From Anthoceros angustus (taxonomy: Eukaryota; Plantae; Anthocerotophyta), in assembly GCA_010909165.1 (NCBI GenBank), contig MU008201.1:415288-479287 (forward strand): a stretch of DNA of 64,000 bases, written 5' to 3'. Each line of letters starts with the position of its first letter. Position 1 is the first letter of the stretch. Below the pieces are notes generated by a model that saw only the letters and a list, made by a program, of their open reading frames with translations, was not told where the DNA came from and searched no databases. Both the position numbers and the translations under genes were made by a program. This document shows positions 24,873 through 36,749 of this stretch, piece after piece.

Positions 24873-26737
24873 CGCGCTCCCCTTGTTCCGCTGTTGGGGC
24901 TTGAAGCTCAACAACCTCACGTTCCTCGCATTGCGTCGGATCGCTCCAACCACAGGGCGCATGAGGGTGCTCAGGCGCTTGAAAAGACAACGCCCGGTGG
25001 TGTCGGCGAGGCTGCGAGAACCGCCGAGGTTCATGGGCTGCCTGGCCGGCGCCCGACCGGCCCGCCTCCCTTCTGTGGGTCCTCCGCAGTGGTGTTCGTG
25101 GGGAACCAAGAGGAGGGAAGCGGGAATGTCTTCCCACACCTCCTGGTGGCGAGGGGTCCGTTCCAAACGTATGGAGTCCGAATCCTCCTGGCCGTCTCCT
25201 CCCGACCCGCTGGTCCGGCCGACCTGACCTCGCCTCCCGCTCTTCCTTCCGCCTCACCGGGTGGCGGCCAGCCCCTCCGTAGCGCCCGCCTCTTCCCCCT
25301 CCTTCGGAGGTTCTATGTGCCCCACACATGGATGATGAACACGACCACACGACGGGTGGCTTCTCACTCTCAGCCTTCCGGCCTCCCGGGTTGATTCAGC
25401 GAAGATGATCTCGCCTCACAAGGTTTCTCTGTAAGGCGTGGAGGAACACCACATTATCCCCAAGGTGGTCCACTCCAGGAGCATATTCCAAAGGACGATG
25501 ATTCGCCATCGCTGCATTCTCCTCGGCCCAGGAGGTCCGCATCTGCCACCTGGAGGATGGCCTGCCTCGGTCGCAGGGCCGCCCGGCCGCCTCCACCTTC
25601 CCCTTCACCTTCGGGGCCCCGAACCACCCCCCATTTCTCCTCCACCGGGCTGTGAGACCGCCTCGACCTCCATGGTCCACCTCCCGGGGTCCTCCCTGGT
25701 GTTCTTGAGCGGACCTCCTTGTTTGTCAGCCAAGATCTTCCGCATACCCCGGGACTAGGGCGACGTTGTCAAGGTCCGCATGTACTGAAAATATCTAGGT
25801 TCCGGCCTCCACCAGCCTCAAGGCCTCCACCAAGGACTGAGTCTGTAGCGCTTTTGGGGCATGTTATTGCTCCACCAAGCGCCATGGCTCCCATACCTTT
25901 TGCCGCCTCATTTGGGTCCCATCGCTGCGCTCCTTTGTTAAATGACCGGAGAACTTGAAGCTCAACAACCCTCATCGCTCTGCCCGGCTGAGTCGGTCGC
26001 TGCCGCTCCAGCGATCGAGCGGGCCGCATGAGGGTGCTCGAAGCGCTGAAAAGACAATTCTGCAGGAGTGTATGTCGTAGCGAGACCTGCGGTGAACCGC
26101 CGCGAGGTTGCTTTGAAGAATGACCTCACAAGCCTCCGCCCGCTCCGATCCGAGAGTAACCGCCATGAATGCAGCGGTGCTCAGCTGCCCGTTTAATCGC
26201 ATCAAAGGCCTCGCATGGCTTTCCGCCACGCTTCCGCCTATCGCTTACCGGCCCTTACATACATGGCGCTATACCCGGGCGTGAATACCTCTCTTGTGCT
26301 TATAACAGGCCACCGGTCAACCCTACGGTCCGTCTGGCCAGATGCCCGCCCACCTCTCGATCACCAGGTCCCACGCATGGCCCCTCACATGAAATCACGG
26401 CCCTGACTCCTAAGTTACCAAGGTTTACACGCGTCATCCATCCGTAAAACCGAGGAGTGTAGTCCGGATTTACTTGCGGGCACCGGAAAGGGTCCGGGCT
26501 CCCTCTAGAGTGGGGAGTCCGGGGAGGCTCCTCCGGGAGTGTGCTCCTGCAGTGCTCGGGTCTTGACCTACCTGTAGTCCTTCGGCCTACTCCGAGTCCT
26601 TCGGCCACCTTACCTGAGTGCGGCAACCGAGTACTCCGGACTTATTTCTTCCTTTCCGCCTTATTTTCTACTCCACGCCTACGAAAAAAACAAAACCTAA
26701 CTCATTTTCTACCCAAGGGGAGAGTCCGCGGTCCACA

Positions 26738-27560
26738 GGTATCCTCGTAGGACCATGAAGTTGGGGATGAGTGGCACCCCATTCGAATACTGATCCGTTC
26801 CTGCACGTTTATGGAGATGAAGGCATGATGGTTTTATAACAGGTATCTCCGTAGGGCCATGAAGCTGGAGACGGGTGGCACTCTGTCGGGCCATGAAAGT
26901 TGGGGACGAGTGGCACCATGAAGTTGGGGACGAGTGGCACCCTATTCGAGCACTAAGAGCATTAATGTGTCCCTGCACATTGTGGAGATGAAGACATGAT
27001 GTTTTATAACAGGTAGCCCCATAGGACTATGAAGTTGGGGAAGGGTGGTACCCCTAGGACCATGAATCTGGGGGACGAGTGGCACCCCATTCGAGCACTG
27101 AGAGCACTGATCCGTCCGTGCATGCTGCAGAGATGAAGGAATGATGTTTTATAATAGGCTAGCCCTCTAGGGCCATGAATATGGGGATAGAAGGCACCCC
27201 GTACGGCCATGAAGCTGGGGACCAGTGGCACCCCATCCAAGCACTGATCCATTCCTACATGTTGCCACCCCTAGGACAATAAAGTTGGGGACGAGTGGCA
27301 CCCCATCCGAGCATTGATCCGTCCCTGCATGTTGGCACCTCGTAGGGCCATAAATTTAGGGAACATTGGCACCCCATCCGAGCACTGATCCGTCCCTTGC
27401 GGCTTTGGTATCCCATAAACCATGAAGTTGGCACGTTGAGCATATTGATCCGTTATATGTTGCGGAGATGAAGGCATGATGTTTTATAATAGGTAGCCCC
27501 ATAGAGCCATGAAGCTGAGGATGAGTGGCATTCCATCCCCCATCCAAGTATTGATCCATC
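26738..27560. repeat. Complex tandem repeat, right half (more diverged)
   Basis: Same CATGAAGTTGGGGACGAGTGGCAC and ATGTTTTATAA units, plus CCCATTCGAGCACTGATCCGT. Confidence 0.88.
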
Positions 27561-27929
27561 CTTGGAAAACTTAATTGGAGGGTTCTAATGAACTCATGTA
27601 TGGATGTCACTAAAGTCTTGGGCTTTAAGGTCACGATCACCCATAAGTATCATTTTTTATTATTATCTCATTCATGTTCGACAATAAGGTATTGTGATAA
27701 TTTAGTCTTCAGAAAGGGTTAAAAGCTTCCCTTTGAACTCAAGTCTTAAAAATGAACCAAAAAAAAAAAGTACCGTATCTACCTAGTGTTCAAATTGTTT
27801 GAAAGGCTCATGTCCCATACGTGACACCTATTTACAAAGTAATTTGCACTATAACATAATTTTAGTGGTGCTCCCATATCAATGGAATAGTCGGTTCGAA
27901 TATTGTCTTTCACACGAGCAATTTTGGTT

Positions 27930-28480
27930 CAAATCCGGCAGCGGAAGGTGAGAAATGTACGAGGTACTCATCAACATTTCCTCGGACCCGACTCCCTTGG
28001 TCACGCTCCACATGAGCTAGTAGCCGAACCCTCGTGCAGATTCAGGATTGGCATTATGCGGCTACGAAAGTAATCTACATATTTGGCGTTCTGAAATTCC
28101 AGGTTATTTTGCCAACCACAAGGACGTGGTCTTTCCCACCTTTCCGATGCCACCACGTCTGCGTCTCCAGCCACTGGATCGGATCATGAGGCAGGTAATA
28201 CCGGTGTTGAATAGAGGCGTTGGAGCCAAATTTCCAATGCAAAACATCAAACCCTGCATAGAAAGAAGGGAATGCAGAACAAAGAAGCAGAAGCCGGCTC
28301 GGACTTCAGGCACCTGTCGCAGAAGTTTCGCACAAAACAGGATCTCCAGAAGGTATTGATCAGTCTCAACCCACCTGTATGCGGTCAGCAGGCACCAATG
28401 CTTGATGATTCCTCACCTTGCCCATTCCAGAATTTGGAAAGAACTCGCAGAGACTGTGCCATGGGCATGATCGAGGCATA
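27930..28480 (-). pseudogene. Degenerate partial duplicate of the GT47 gene
   Basis: 28100-28475 aligns with 29310-29665 (..KGGKDHVLVVGKITWNFR); stops and frameshifts; decays leftwards. Confidence 0.8.
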
Positions 28481-28541
28481 AAAGAATTGCCTCATCTGAA
28501 GCACGAGACTTTACGGACAATGTTTTGATATTGAATGTAAT

Positions 28542-30518
28542 TTACATATTTGAATCTCGCGTATTAGCCCGATGTATCATGTTGCGGAGACTTACATCAA
28601 AAGCATCGGTAAACTCAGAAAGCTTCGCACCAGGCTGTGCATACAGCAGGTGAGGCATAATTTCAAGCAGAATGGTTTTCCTCATCTGTTTCAATTTAGA
28701 CTCCGGCACCTGTTGGAGTCTGGACACTACATCCACAATCCCGTTCCGCACATCCTCGTGAGGAATATATACTGAGTAAGAACGATAATCCTGTGGGAGG
28801 TGCCACGGATATTGAGCATAAGCAGAAACAGGATCAAAAATCACTGGAATGCAGCCAGCGATAAGGGAGTCAAAGATAGACCGCCTGGTCAAGCTGTCTC
28901 CACTTGGTTGCATACAGTAGTGGGAGTTCAGAAAGAGCTTCATTGTGGCCTCAGGCTTGAGACAGAGATGCTTGTGGCACCTCAGTACCCGACACAGACT
29001 CGCATTCCTCTTCTCTTCACACTGTTGGATAAGCCGAGTACGGATGCTGTCGGGGTCATCAGGCCTTGGCATCCCCGCGAAGCTGACCAAACTGTCTCTA
29101 GTACTGTGAAGTGCAACCTGCTGCCACATCCTGATGTCGTTATCTGAGGAAGGGTGAAAATAGGTTGGATAAGGCACCCCGATATCGTTTTCATCCCAGG
29201 GATCCCTTTCAATCAAGAGCCTGGTTAGGTTCTGCATCTGAGGAAGCTTGAGCAAGGAGCTGCCCCAGGACGTACTTCTGTTGTCCCACCGTCTGAGATC
29301 CCAGGTGACTGTTCCGACCAGAAGGACATGGTCTCTCCCACCTTTCCGATGCCACCATGTCTGCGTCTCCAGCCACTGGACCAGATCATGAGACAGCTGA
29401 TCCCGCAGTTCAGCAGTGGCGTTGGAGGCAAAGTTCCAATGCAAAACATCAAGCCCTGCATAGTAGGGGATGTAGAACAAAGAAGCAGAAGCTGGATCGG
29501 ACGTCAGGCACCTGTAGTGCAGAAGCTGAGCATGAAACAGGACCTCCAGAATGTATTGGAAAGTCTCAAACCATCTTCCAGCAGGTAGCAAAGCTTCATC
29601 GTACCTCACTTTCCCCATTCCAGAATTTGAAAAGAATTCGCAAAGACTGTGCCAGGGCACGATCGTGTTGCAACTGGCAGCCAAATCCGCATTGAACCTA
29701 CTCGGCAGATCATACACATACACGTACCTCCCATCACAAGATTCGGGACCTTTGAAATTCTGCTTGACTGTTACTCCGGAAATGCGGAGCTTGTCCGCAT
29801 TGACCACCACCTCCGCCAGCACCTCCTGCTCTGATCGCCTGCCAGAGCTGCTTATCTGACGCTTTGAATCTCTCATAGCGCTTTCCTCGTCACCCGACCT
29901 GTTACTTCCTTGCTCCTCACTCTGTCTTCCCTCTGGCAATAATCCAATACTGCCACTGTCACTCGAAGCCTTCTCTTTCCCCTCCAATCCAGAGGAAGAC
30001 AGGAGCTTTACATCTCCAAGTTCTTTGACAGAATAAGAGGTATCATGTCCCTGCACGTTTCCCACTAGCAAAGAATCCAGATTCTGCTCTACAGCACCTG
30101 TCTTAAGATCGAGCGCAAGACGACTTCCGGCATTGTGGACAGCAGCTGAGTCCACTCGAAGCGCAGGATTCGTGTCACGCATATCGAACCATGAATAACA
30201 TGATTCCCTGCACGGTAACGGGAGCTGCGCAATCATCAAGACAGTCCAACCACAAAATACGATCACCAGAAACATGGAAGGGACAAGCAGCATGCGCACA
30301 AGGCGAGCCGGGAACGAGGATTGGCGCTTCATCAGCCCCATGAAAGAAGCCTCCACCAGCAACTCCACCAGCCTCCGTCTACCCTTTCGCCTACCACGCC
30401 CCGGGAGATCATAACCAGTTCCTGGAGGACATGCATCTTTGCACTGTGCACACACTTTTCTTACATAGTCTGGAGTCCCAGCGCTGAAAGCGCTGACAAC
30501 GCTGACAAGCGGTTTCAT
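28542..30518 (-). CDS. Exostosin/GT47 glycosyltransferase, xyloglucan galactosyltransferase MUR3/KATAMARI1-like
   Basis: 658-aa intronless ORF with a type II TM segment (MLLVPSMFLVIVFCGWTVLMIA) and motifs CDGRYVYVYDLPSRFN, FYIPYYAGLD, GGRDH, PYPTYFHP, CMQPSGDSLTRRSIFDSLIAGCIPV, DAFDVSL. The true start may be a downstream Met. Confidence 0.95.
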   Translation of the reverse strand: MKPLVSVVSAFSAGTPDYVRKVCAQCKDACPPGTGYDLPGRGRRKGRRRLVELLVEASFMGLMKRQSSFPARLVRMLLVPSMFLVIVFCGWTVLMIAQLPLPCRESCYSWFDMRDTNPALRVDSAAVHNAGSRLALDLKTGAVEQNLDSLLVGNVQGHDTSYSVKELGDVKLLSSSGLEGKEKASSDSGSIGLLPEGRQSEEQGSNRSGDEESAMRDSKRQISSSGRRSEQEVLAEVVVNADKLRISGVTVKQNFKGPESCDGRYVYVYDLPSRFNADLAASCNTIVPWHSLCEFFSNSGMGKVRYDEALLPAGRWFETFQYILEVLFHAQLLHYRCLTSDPASASLFYIPYYAGLDVLHWNFASNATAELRDQLSHDLVQWLETQTWWHRKGGRDHVLLVGTVTWDLRRWDNRSTSWGSSLLKLPQMQNLTRLLIERDPWDENDIGVPYPTYFHPSSDNDIRMWQQVALHSTRDSLVSFAGMPRPDDPDSIRTRLIQQCEEKRNASLCRVLRCHKHLCLKPEATMKLFLNSHYCMQPSGDSLTRRSIFDSLIAGCIPVIFDPVSAYAQYPWHLPQDYRSYSVYIPHEDVRNGIVDVVSRLQQVPESKLKQMRKTILLEIMPHLLYAQPGAKLSEFTDAFDVSLRNMIHRANTRDSNM

Positions 30519-31895
30519 GAACCGATCTAGGCTACCGGGATTGCTTGAGTTGGGTCTTGGATTTTAGCTGAACTTGTGGCTGCAAAAAAAAGTACCCAGT
30601 CGATGTGTTGATTGCTCTAATGAAGTTGCGCATTGGCCGGTCCATGATAGAAGGAGAAGAAGGAAGTCTGTTATAGTCCACTTGGATGGAATGTTTCTAT
30701 CGTGGGACTCGGTAATTGACAACTTGTACCAGCATAACATCGCTTCTCAGCCGGCCCTGACTTTGTCTTGTCGTCTTGTCCAGATTACTAGATTACTCCA
30801 CTTCGAACTTCGGCCAGAGTGCAGTAGAGCACTACTATTTCTCAAATTTTTTTATATAAATATCCAAAGAAGATAGAATTTTAACGATATGTAGAGGAGT
30901 ATGTTTCGCGGCCCTCTGGCTGTACGGTTGTTTAATAGTTCTATCTCGTGTTGGAACTTGGGTAGGGTCTAGAGTAGGTGGGGTGCTCTGCCGGACCGGA
31001 GGTCAAATGGTGCACAGAAACGTACATAACAGAGTTATGTACATGACAAGCTTCAACCTACCCACTGAAGGTGGGGAATGACAATTTGGGTTAGCAGCAA
31101 TCTTCTCAAGGTAACGGTCCTACAAAGGTCTACGAAAGCAATGCAAAACAAAATGGCATAAAAGCGGATGTTCACCACAAGTCATAGTGATGTGGCAAGT
31201 ACACAACATAATAGTGGTTGGGCCTCATAGCAACAGAATGTTAAAAAACAATTCTTTTTGTCAACCCAAGTGAGGTGCAACAGCGATGCAGGAATGAGAA
31301 GGCAGCTCACCTCTCGCCTGCTAGCATCTGCAGACATACGCTGAGTAATCCACAAGAGAAAGGAGTTTGGATGCCCAAGGGCCATGCCATGTTACATTGG
31401 AAGGCCTCCCTCCTTACAGAAACTGAGGACTCTCTTATAATTCTCAAGCAGCTCATCTCCCTTGGACTCATTAATTTGTTAGCGGCTACACCGAGCCCTA
31501 TATTCCATTTTGTGCATAAAGAATACATACTCTACACTTAGCTACCTAGCCATGGGCCTAGCTTTGCAGAAGGTAGGGCCAGCCTTATGTAATTTTCTAC
31601 TAGAAATTTCAACACTTTGTATCTCCATGTAACTGTGCATTCATATGGTTTCACCCCTAAAAGACCATACACGGGCTCAAGTGCGCAACACAACTTGAGA
31701 TGCTGGAGAATTACTACTAGTCACCACGAGAAATCCAAGGAAATTGATCGATACTACATGTATCATCGAGAGAGCAATGGGCCCCTTCACAAAATGGATC
31801 CGCCATAGAAGCAAGCTTCCATGATTTCCTAACCGGGTTCATAAAACTAGGCCCCATGTGCGTGGCATACGCACTATGCTGGTGACAGGGAGTCA

Positions 31896-33131
31896 TGCTG
31901 ACCAACGATGGGATACTGCCGCACAATCCCGTGTGTCGCTTGTGGTAATGGAGTCCGCTCCCAAGAGAATGATAGCTATTGCGGCGCTTCTCACCTTTCT
32001 TCAGTCCACTTCACCTTAACACACTCAATCTTCGCTTACACAGCTATTTATAACGCTTCACCGACAGCCGGTGTGGCCAAACGCTTAGGACTGCTTGCGC
32101 CCGCTTCGTCATTACGTTCTTCACCCGTTCCTCATCGCCTTCTACACTTATCAACCTTGGAAAAGAACGCAAGTGGCTACACGACCTCCTACGCTGTTCA
32201 CGGGCCTCCGTCCGGCCTCGCAGACACCCTCCCAAGTACCTCCACACGCCCGGCCCTCGACGTTGGACCGCCTCGACGAACAAGGTCCCCTGCCCTTCCC
32301 CGCACACACCACCACACGCTAAGTCCGTCACGGGACCTTGACCGCCTCCCGAGTCGCCGTGCTCGCCATGACTGTGACTCTAGCAAGAAGACGCCCAAGG
32401 GTCCGCAAGAACGCGATCAACACCAAGAGAAAGATACTTTACTAGAGCGGCCTCACCCCTCTTATACTCACGCCCAAGGTGGCCTTATTACACTTTATTC
32501 TCGAATATGGCCTCAAGATGCCCTAATCGGCCGCCTACCATCCTATTTCCTCCCCTATCTCCTCTCATGTGGGTGCCAAGATCCTGCGGATGGGTGGTCC
32601 AATCTCCGTCCCCGATAGCTGTGCGCCCCAATCGGATGATCCGTGAGGCGGGCCTCCTCTCCGGAATCGTCTTATTACACGCGGTCTCGACAACCGCCTA
32701 CCACGACGTCATCCTCCCCTCGGCCTCCCCGGGTCCTCGCCGGGGCCACCCCCATCTCGCCCCTAGCGTAGGGGCCCCTCCATCGCAGCAGCCGGACTCG
32801 AGGTCTCCGCCTGACTCCCAACTCGGAGTCCGCTTATTTCTCGAGTCCGCCGGCCAGGTCCGACCTTGTCTCGGGTCCGGACTTACCCCTGCAGATCTCA
32901 AGGGTATCCGAGCTTCCGGACGCCCGAGTGTAGTCCCGAGTTTCCAAGTGAGTCCTGCCCGAGTGGTCCGGGTTTAGTCGAGGTCCGTTTAGTCCCGAGT
33001 GGTCCGTACTCAAGTCCCGGAAGCGCCATCCGTGCTTATTCCTCCTTTTCCGCCTTATTTTACTATTCCAACCTACAAAAAAACAAAACCCCACTTATTT
33101 CCTAACCCCCAAGGGAAGTCCGTAGCCCACA
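31896..33131 (-). repeat. 3' LTR (short form) of copy B
   Basis: Starts TGTGGGCTACGG after the PPT; matches 38493-39710. Confidence 0.88.
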
Positions 33132-33149
33132 TACTCCTTTCTCATCTCA

Positions 33150-36100
33150 TGCGCCTCCGCCAACACTAGGCATGGTACTTTTACACGCCACCTCACCGGG
33201 TGGCAACAGCCTCCATCCAACCGCTTGAGCGGACCCATTGACACCGCACCACCGGTAAGGACCCATCCACCTGAAGTTTGCCCGAAAGTGCATATGCCGG
33301 GGTCATAAAGGAGGGCCAAATCTCCCGCCTTCACATACTCCGATTCGGCGCGGCCATGCCACTGCGTGATTCTGCAAGTTGCATCCGCCGGTGCTTCTTC
33401 CGACCCTCCGTGTGTTGGACAAACCCAAGAAGCGCCCAGCTTCTCCTCATCCGCTAACCGGCCTCCATCATAATGTAGCGGGTACCGCAAACTCGCATAA
33501 CGAATGCCCATAGGTTAGGTAATACGGAGTTCGTGGTTACCTTCCGCCCGAAGCCCAGTCATGGCAACTTGGTATCCCGCATAGTTAACGTAAGTTTATT
33601 CGTGATACTATGAGTCCATTGGTCTTCTCCACAACCCATTAGCCTTGTAGGCTCATATGTGATGCCAAAATAGCCATGGCGTGATCACATCATTGAGGAA
33701 ATGAGTCCTCTATACTCACCAGACACCCATATGCGTGATGATGTTCTCATAAAGGAACTTTGCCACCGTGCTTGAGTCCGCTCGCACCGCCTCTACCCAC
33801 CGCAAGAGTCCGCTGCCACCAAAATGTACCGCTTTGTGTGCCTCGTGTTGTCATAGGTCCGACAAGTCGATGCCCCACTTCTCAAAAGGCGCTAGTTATG
33901 GGCACCAATATTGTGTTGTGGGAGTCGGCTTCCGATCCGCCGACACGCATCACACTTCACAAACCGGTGGGTGTCCCCATACATTGTTGGCCACCAAGAT
34001 CCCGCCCAAAATCTTTTGGTGGTGACCGGCCGCGTAGTGTCCTCCCCAATCCTTCGTGCATTCCCCGACGACCGCCTCCTGCCTCTCGCCGGCCAGGCAT
34101 ACCTTCGCTCTACTCCGGCCCTAATTTGAACACACAATTGTACATTCTCAAGGGTCGAGCATAGTGCACGAATGCCTCCTCTCCCACGAGTCGATTTTCG
34201 GAAGCTCCATTCCCTGCAGGTACCGCCCATTTCTTCAGAGGTCGGACGCGACCCTCCCTTCTCCGCTCTACGCTGCCGTAGCTTGGGGTTCGGCCGGGCT
34301 CCTCCGTACTCAAGGCAACCAATGTCTCATCCGGAACGACATCTTCCCGATCTCTCAACACCGCCTGTTTTCAATCGCGATGTGAATCAGATTTTGTGCC
34401 TCCCTTGTCTTGTTTCCACTTCAAACGTGAACTCCGCAGCAACAATATCCACCTTGCTATCCGCCCGACAGTCCGCCTTATTCACCGATGCTTCAACAAA
34501 GTGGTCTACATAGAACACAAACTCACCGGGTAGTGTAGTGTCGGAATTTCGACAAAGATATACCATACCCATTCGCGCTCAGAAGTTGTGTATTTTCGCC
34601 CGCGCGGGTGAGCCCCGGTAGTATACGGATAATCCCTTCGCTTGTCCCTTCCGCTCAAAGACTACTCCGATAGCAAAAGCGGACACATCTACATACATGA
34701 AATTTCTCCACCCCGGTCCTCTTAGAACCGGCGCTTACCAAGGTGTTCTCAGAACCTAAGGCCTCCTCTCTCGAGACCAGTCCAATCCTCCTCCTTCCGC
34801 AGAGTTCTCCAACTTAGCCGCCTCTTCGCAAAGTCCTTAATAAACCGGCGGTAGTATCCCACCATTCCTGTGAAACCTCTCGCCTCCTTTAGGTCTGCGG
34901 CCGGAGAGATCGGATGACCCGACCTTGTCCCGTCCACCTCGATTCCCCGCTACCGACACCCGATGCCCAAGATTCCTCCCCTATTCCAAAGTAGCATTTC
35001 TCGGTGTAGGCTCAATTGAGTCTCCCCGCCAAGCACTTTCTTAGATGTCCAAGGTGTTTGTCCCGCCTCCATGCACACAAAATCATCCAGAATATCTCCA
35101 TGAAGTCCTCGAGAAGTCACCAAGACGTTGGTCACCATACGCATGAACGACCCGCGCCCGGCCATCCCAAAGGCACTTCTCTTGTAGGCAAACGACTTAC
35201 TCAGAGTGAAGGTCGCCTTGTCCCACCGACTTAGGTGCAATTGGTTGTATCCGAGTAGCCATCCAGAAGGAGTAAGTAGTCCGTCCACCCACCTTGTCCA
35301 AAATGTCGCTCACGAATGGCATCGGAAGTGGTCCTTCTCCGCTGGCTTGAGCTTCCTCCAATCTTGCATACCCGAATTTGTCCTGGCTTTTGGGACCACC
35401 ACACCGCGCAACCCACTCGCTGATTTATGGGGAAAATGATGTCCGCCTGTGTACTTATCAAGGACCTCCTTCACCTTGATCGAATACTTGGGGTTGAGCT
35501 TGTATTGTTGTCTTGACCGCACCGCCTCCCGGCTTCAAATCGATCTTATGCTCCCCACTTCTAATGCCCTTCATGTCCGTGACCTTGAAGGCGAACACCT
35601 AAAACTCCCCAAGAATGCTTTAGTCCTTCCTTCAGTCCGAGGCATACCTTTTTAAACTTCGTGAATTTGCCTGGCCGACCTCCACTTCTTCCACGTCCGG
35701 GTTCACTGCTCCCTGCCTCGCCGCCGTCCAAACCCCTCGTCCTCCACTCGGGATCGCCCTCTCGCATCCCCATTCTCTCAAGAGTTCGTCCGAGGTGAAG
35801 CGGTTACTTCCTGTCCCCACCTCTTCATCCTGGACCTCTTCTTCACCGCCGCCTCTCTTGTTCTCCACCCAAGCAATCGACGACCTCCTCGCCCACCTCC
35901 GCCTCCAAAGGCATCCTCCCAGAATCCATCTCCTCCTCGACCATGTGATTTTGGGGAAAGGGTAGGCGCCTCTGGTCTTCCCTTTCATCATCCGTACTAT
36001 CCTCGGGCGAGGTGTACCTCCGTGGTGCTCACAGTTCCCCCACAGTATGTATCCTTACTCCAAGTGAGAGCCACCCTTCCCTCTCTGACCTTCGGATCCC

Positions 36101-36749
36101 AATCCACGGGTTTGAAGTGGATTTCCTTCCTGCCGAAGTGTAACTTCGTCTGAGCCAGCCCGAGCCACGGACGTCCCAACAGTACCTCGTACCCCAGAGG
36201 TCCGGCGGGTCTGATGACTACGAAGTCCAATGTATAGGGGGCTCCCGCTATGGTGGCTTGGACTCCGGACAACTCCCCCGCTGGCGCGCGTCGTGACATA
36301 TCCGCCATCCGAAGGGTTTTGGTGGATGGCTCAAAGGCAGTGAACCCCAACCGTCTTGCGGTGGCTTCCGTGATGAGGTTCACTCCTGACCCCGTATCCA
36401 GAGGTACGTTCTTGATCACACACCCCGCAATTTCTACCTGAACCACTGGCGCCCCGGGGTCCGTATGAGACACTACCCTTACCTCCACATTCTTGTCCTT
36501 TCGACTCAAGGGGTTTCGTCGTGGTTGTGTCTCCCTGATGGCCCTCCGGACTTCCTGCCGATACTTCGGGTTGTCTTTTAACAACTGCCTCAGTGTTACC
36601 AAATGTTGTTGATCCATCATCGTCCTACCTTGAAAGGTGTGGGTGGCTCCTTCACGATCCCGCCTCCGAGTCCTCCATCCCGCCAAGCACTGGTGGTCGG
36701 ACCACTCGGGTCTGTGGATCTCTTCCCAAGCATCTCCGCCACTGGCCAC
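33150..36749 (-). pseudogene. pol: pol of copy B (protease in ORF 35997-36749; RT/RH/INT frameshifted)
   Basis: VQVEIAGCVIKNVPLDTGSGVNLI..VLLGRPWL; QYKLNPKYSIKVKEVLDKY; LDDF; FTGMVGYYRRFIKDFAK; WWPTMYGDTHRFVKCDACRRIG. Confidence 0.92.

Larger units (their letters stand above)
21087..26737 (-). mobile_element. Giant solo LTR (5.65 kb including two internal duplications) of the Gypsy family
   Basis: TG...CA termini: TGTGGCGC at 21087 and GGTCCACA at 26737. Flanks GATAT/GGTAT form a 5-bp TSD with 1 mismatch, and the satellite resumes in register. No gag/pol inside. Confidence 0.85.
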
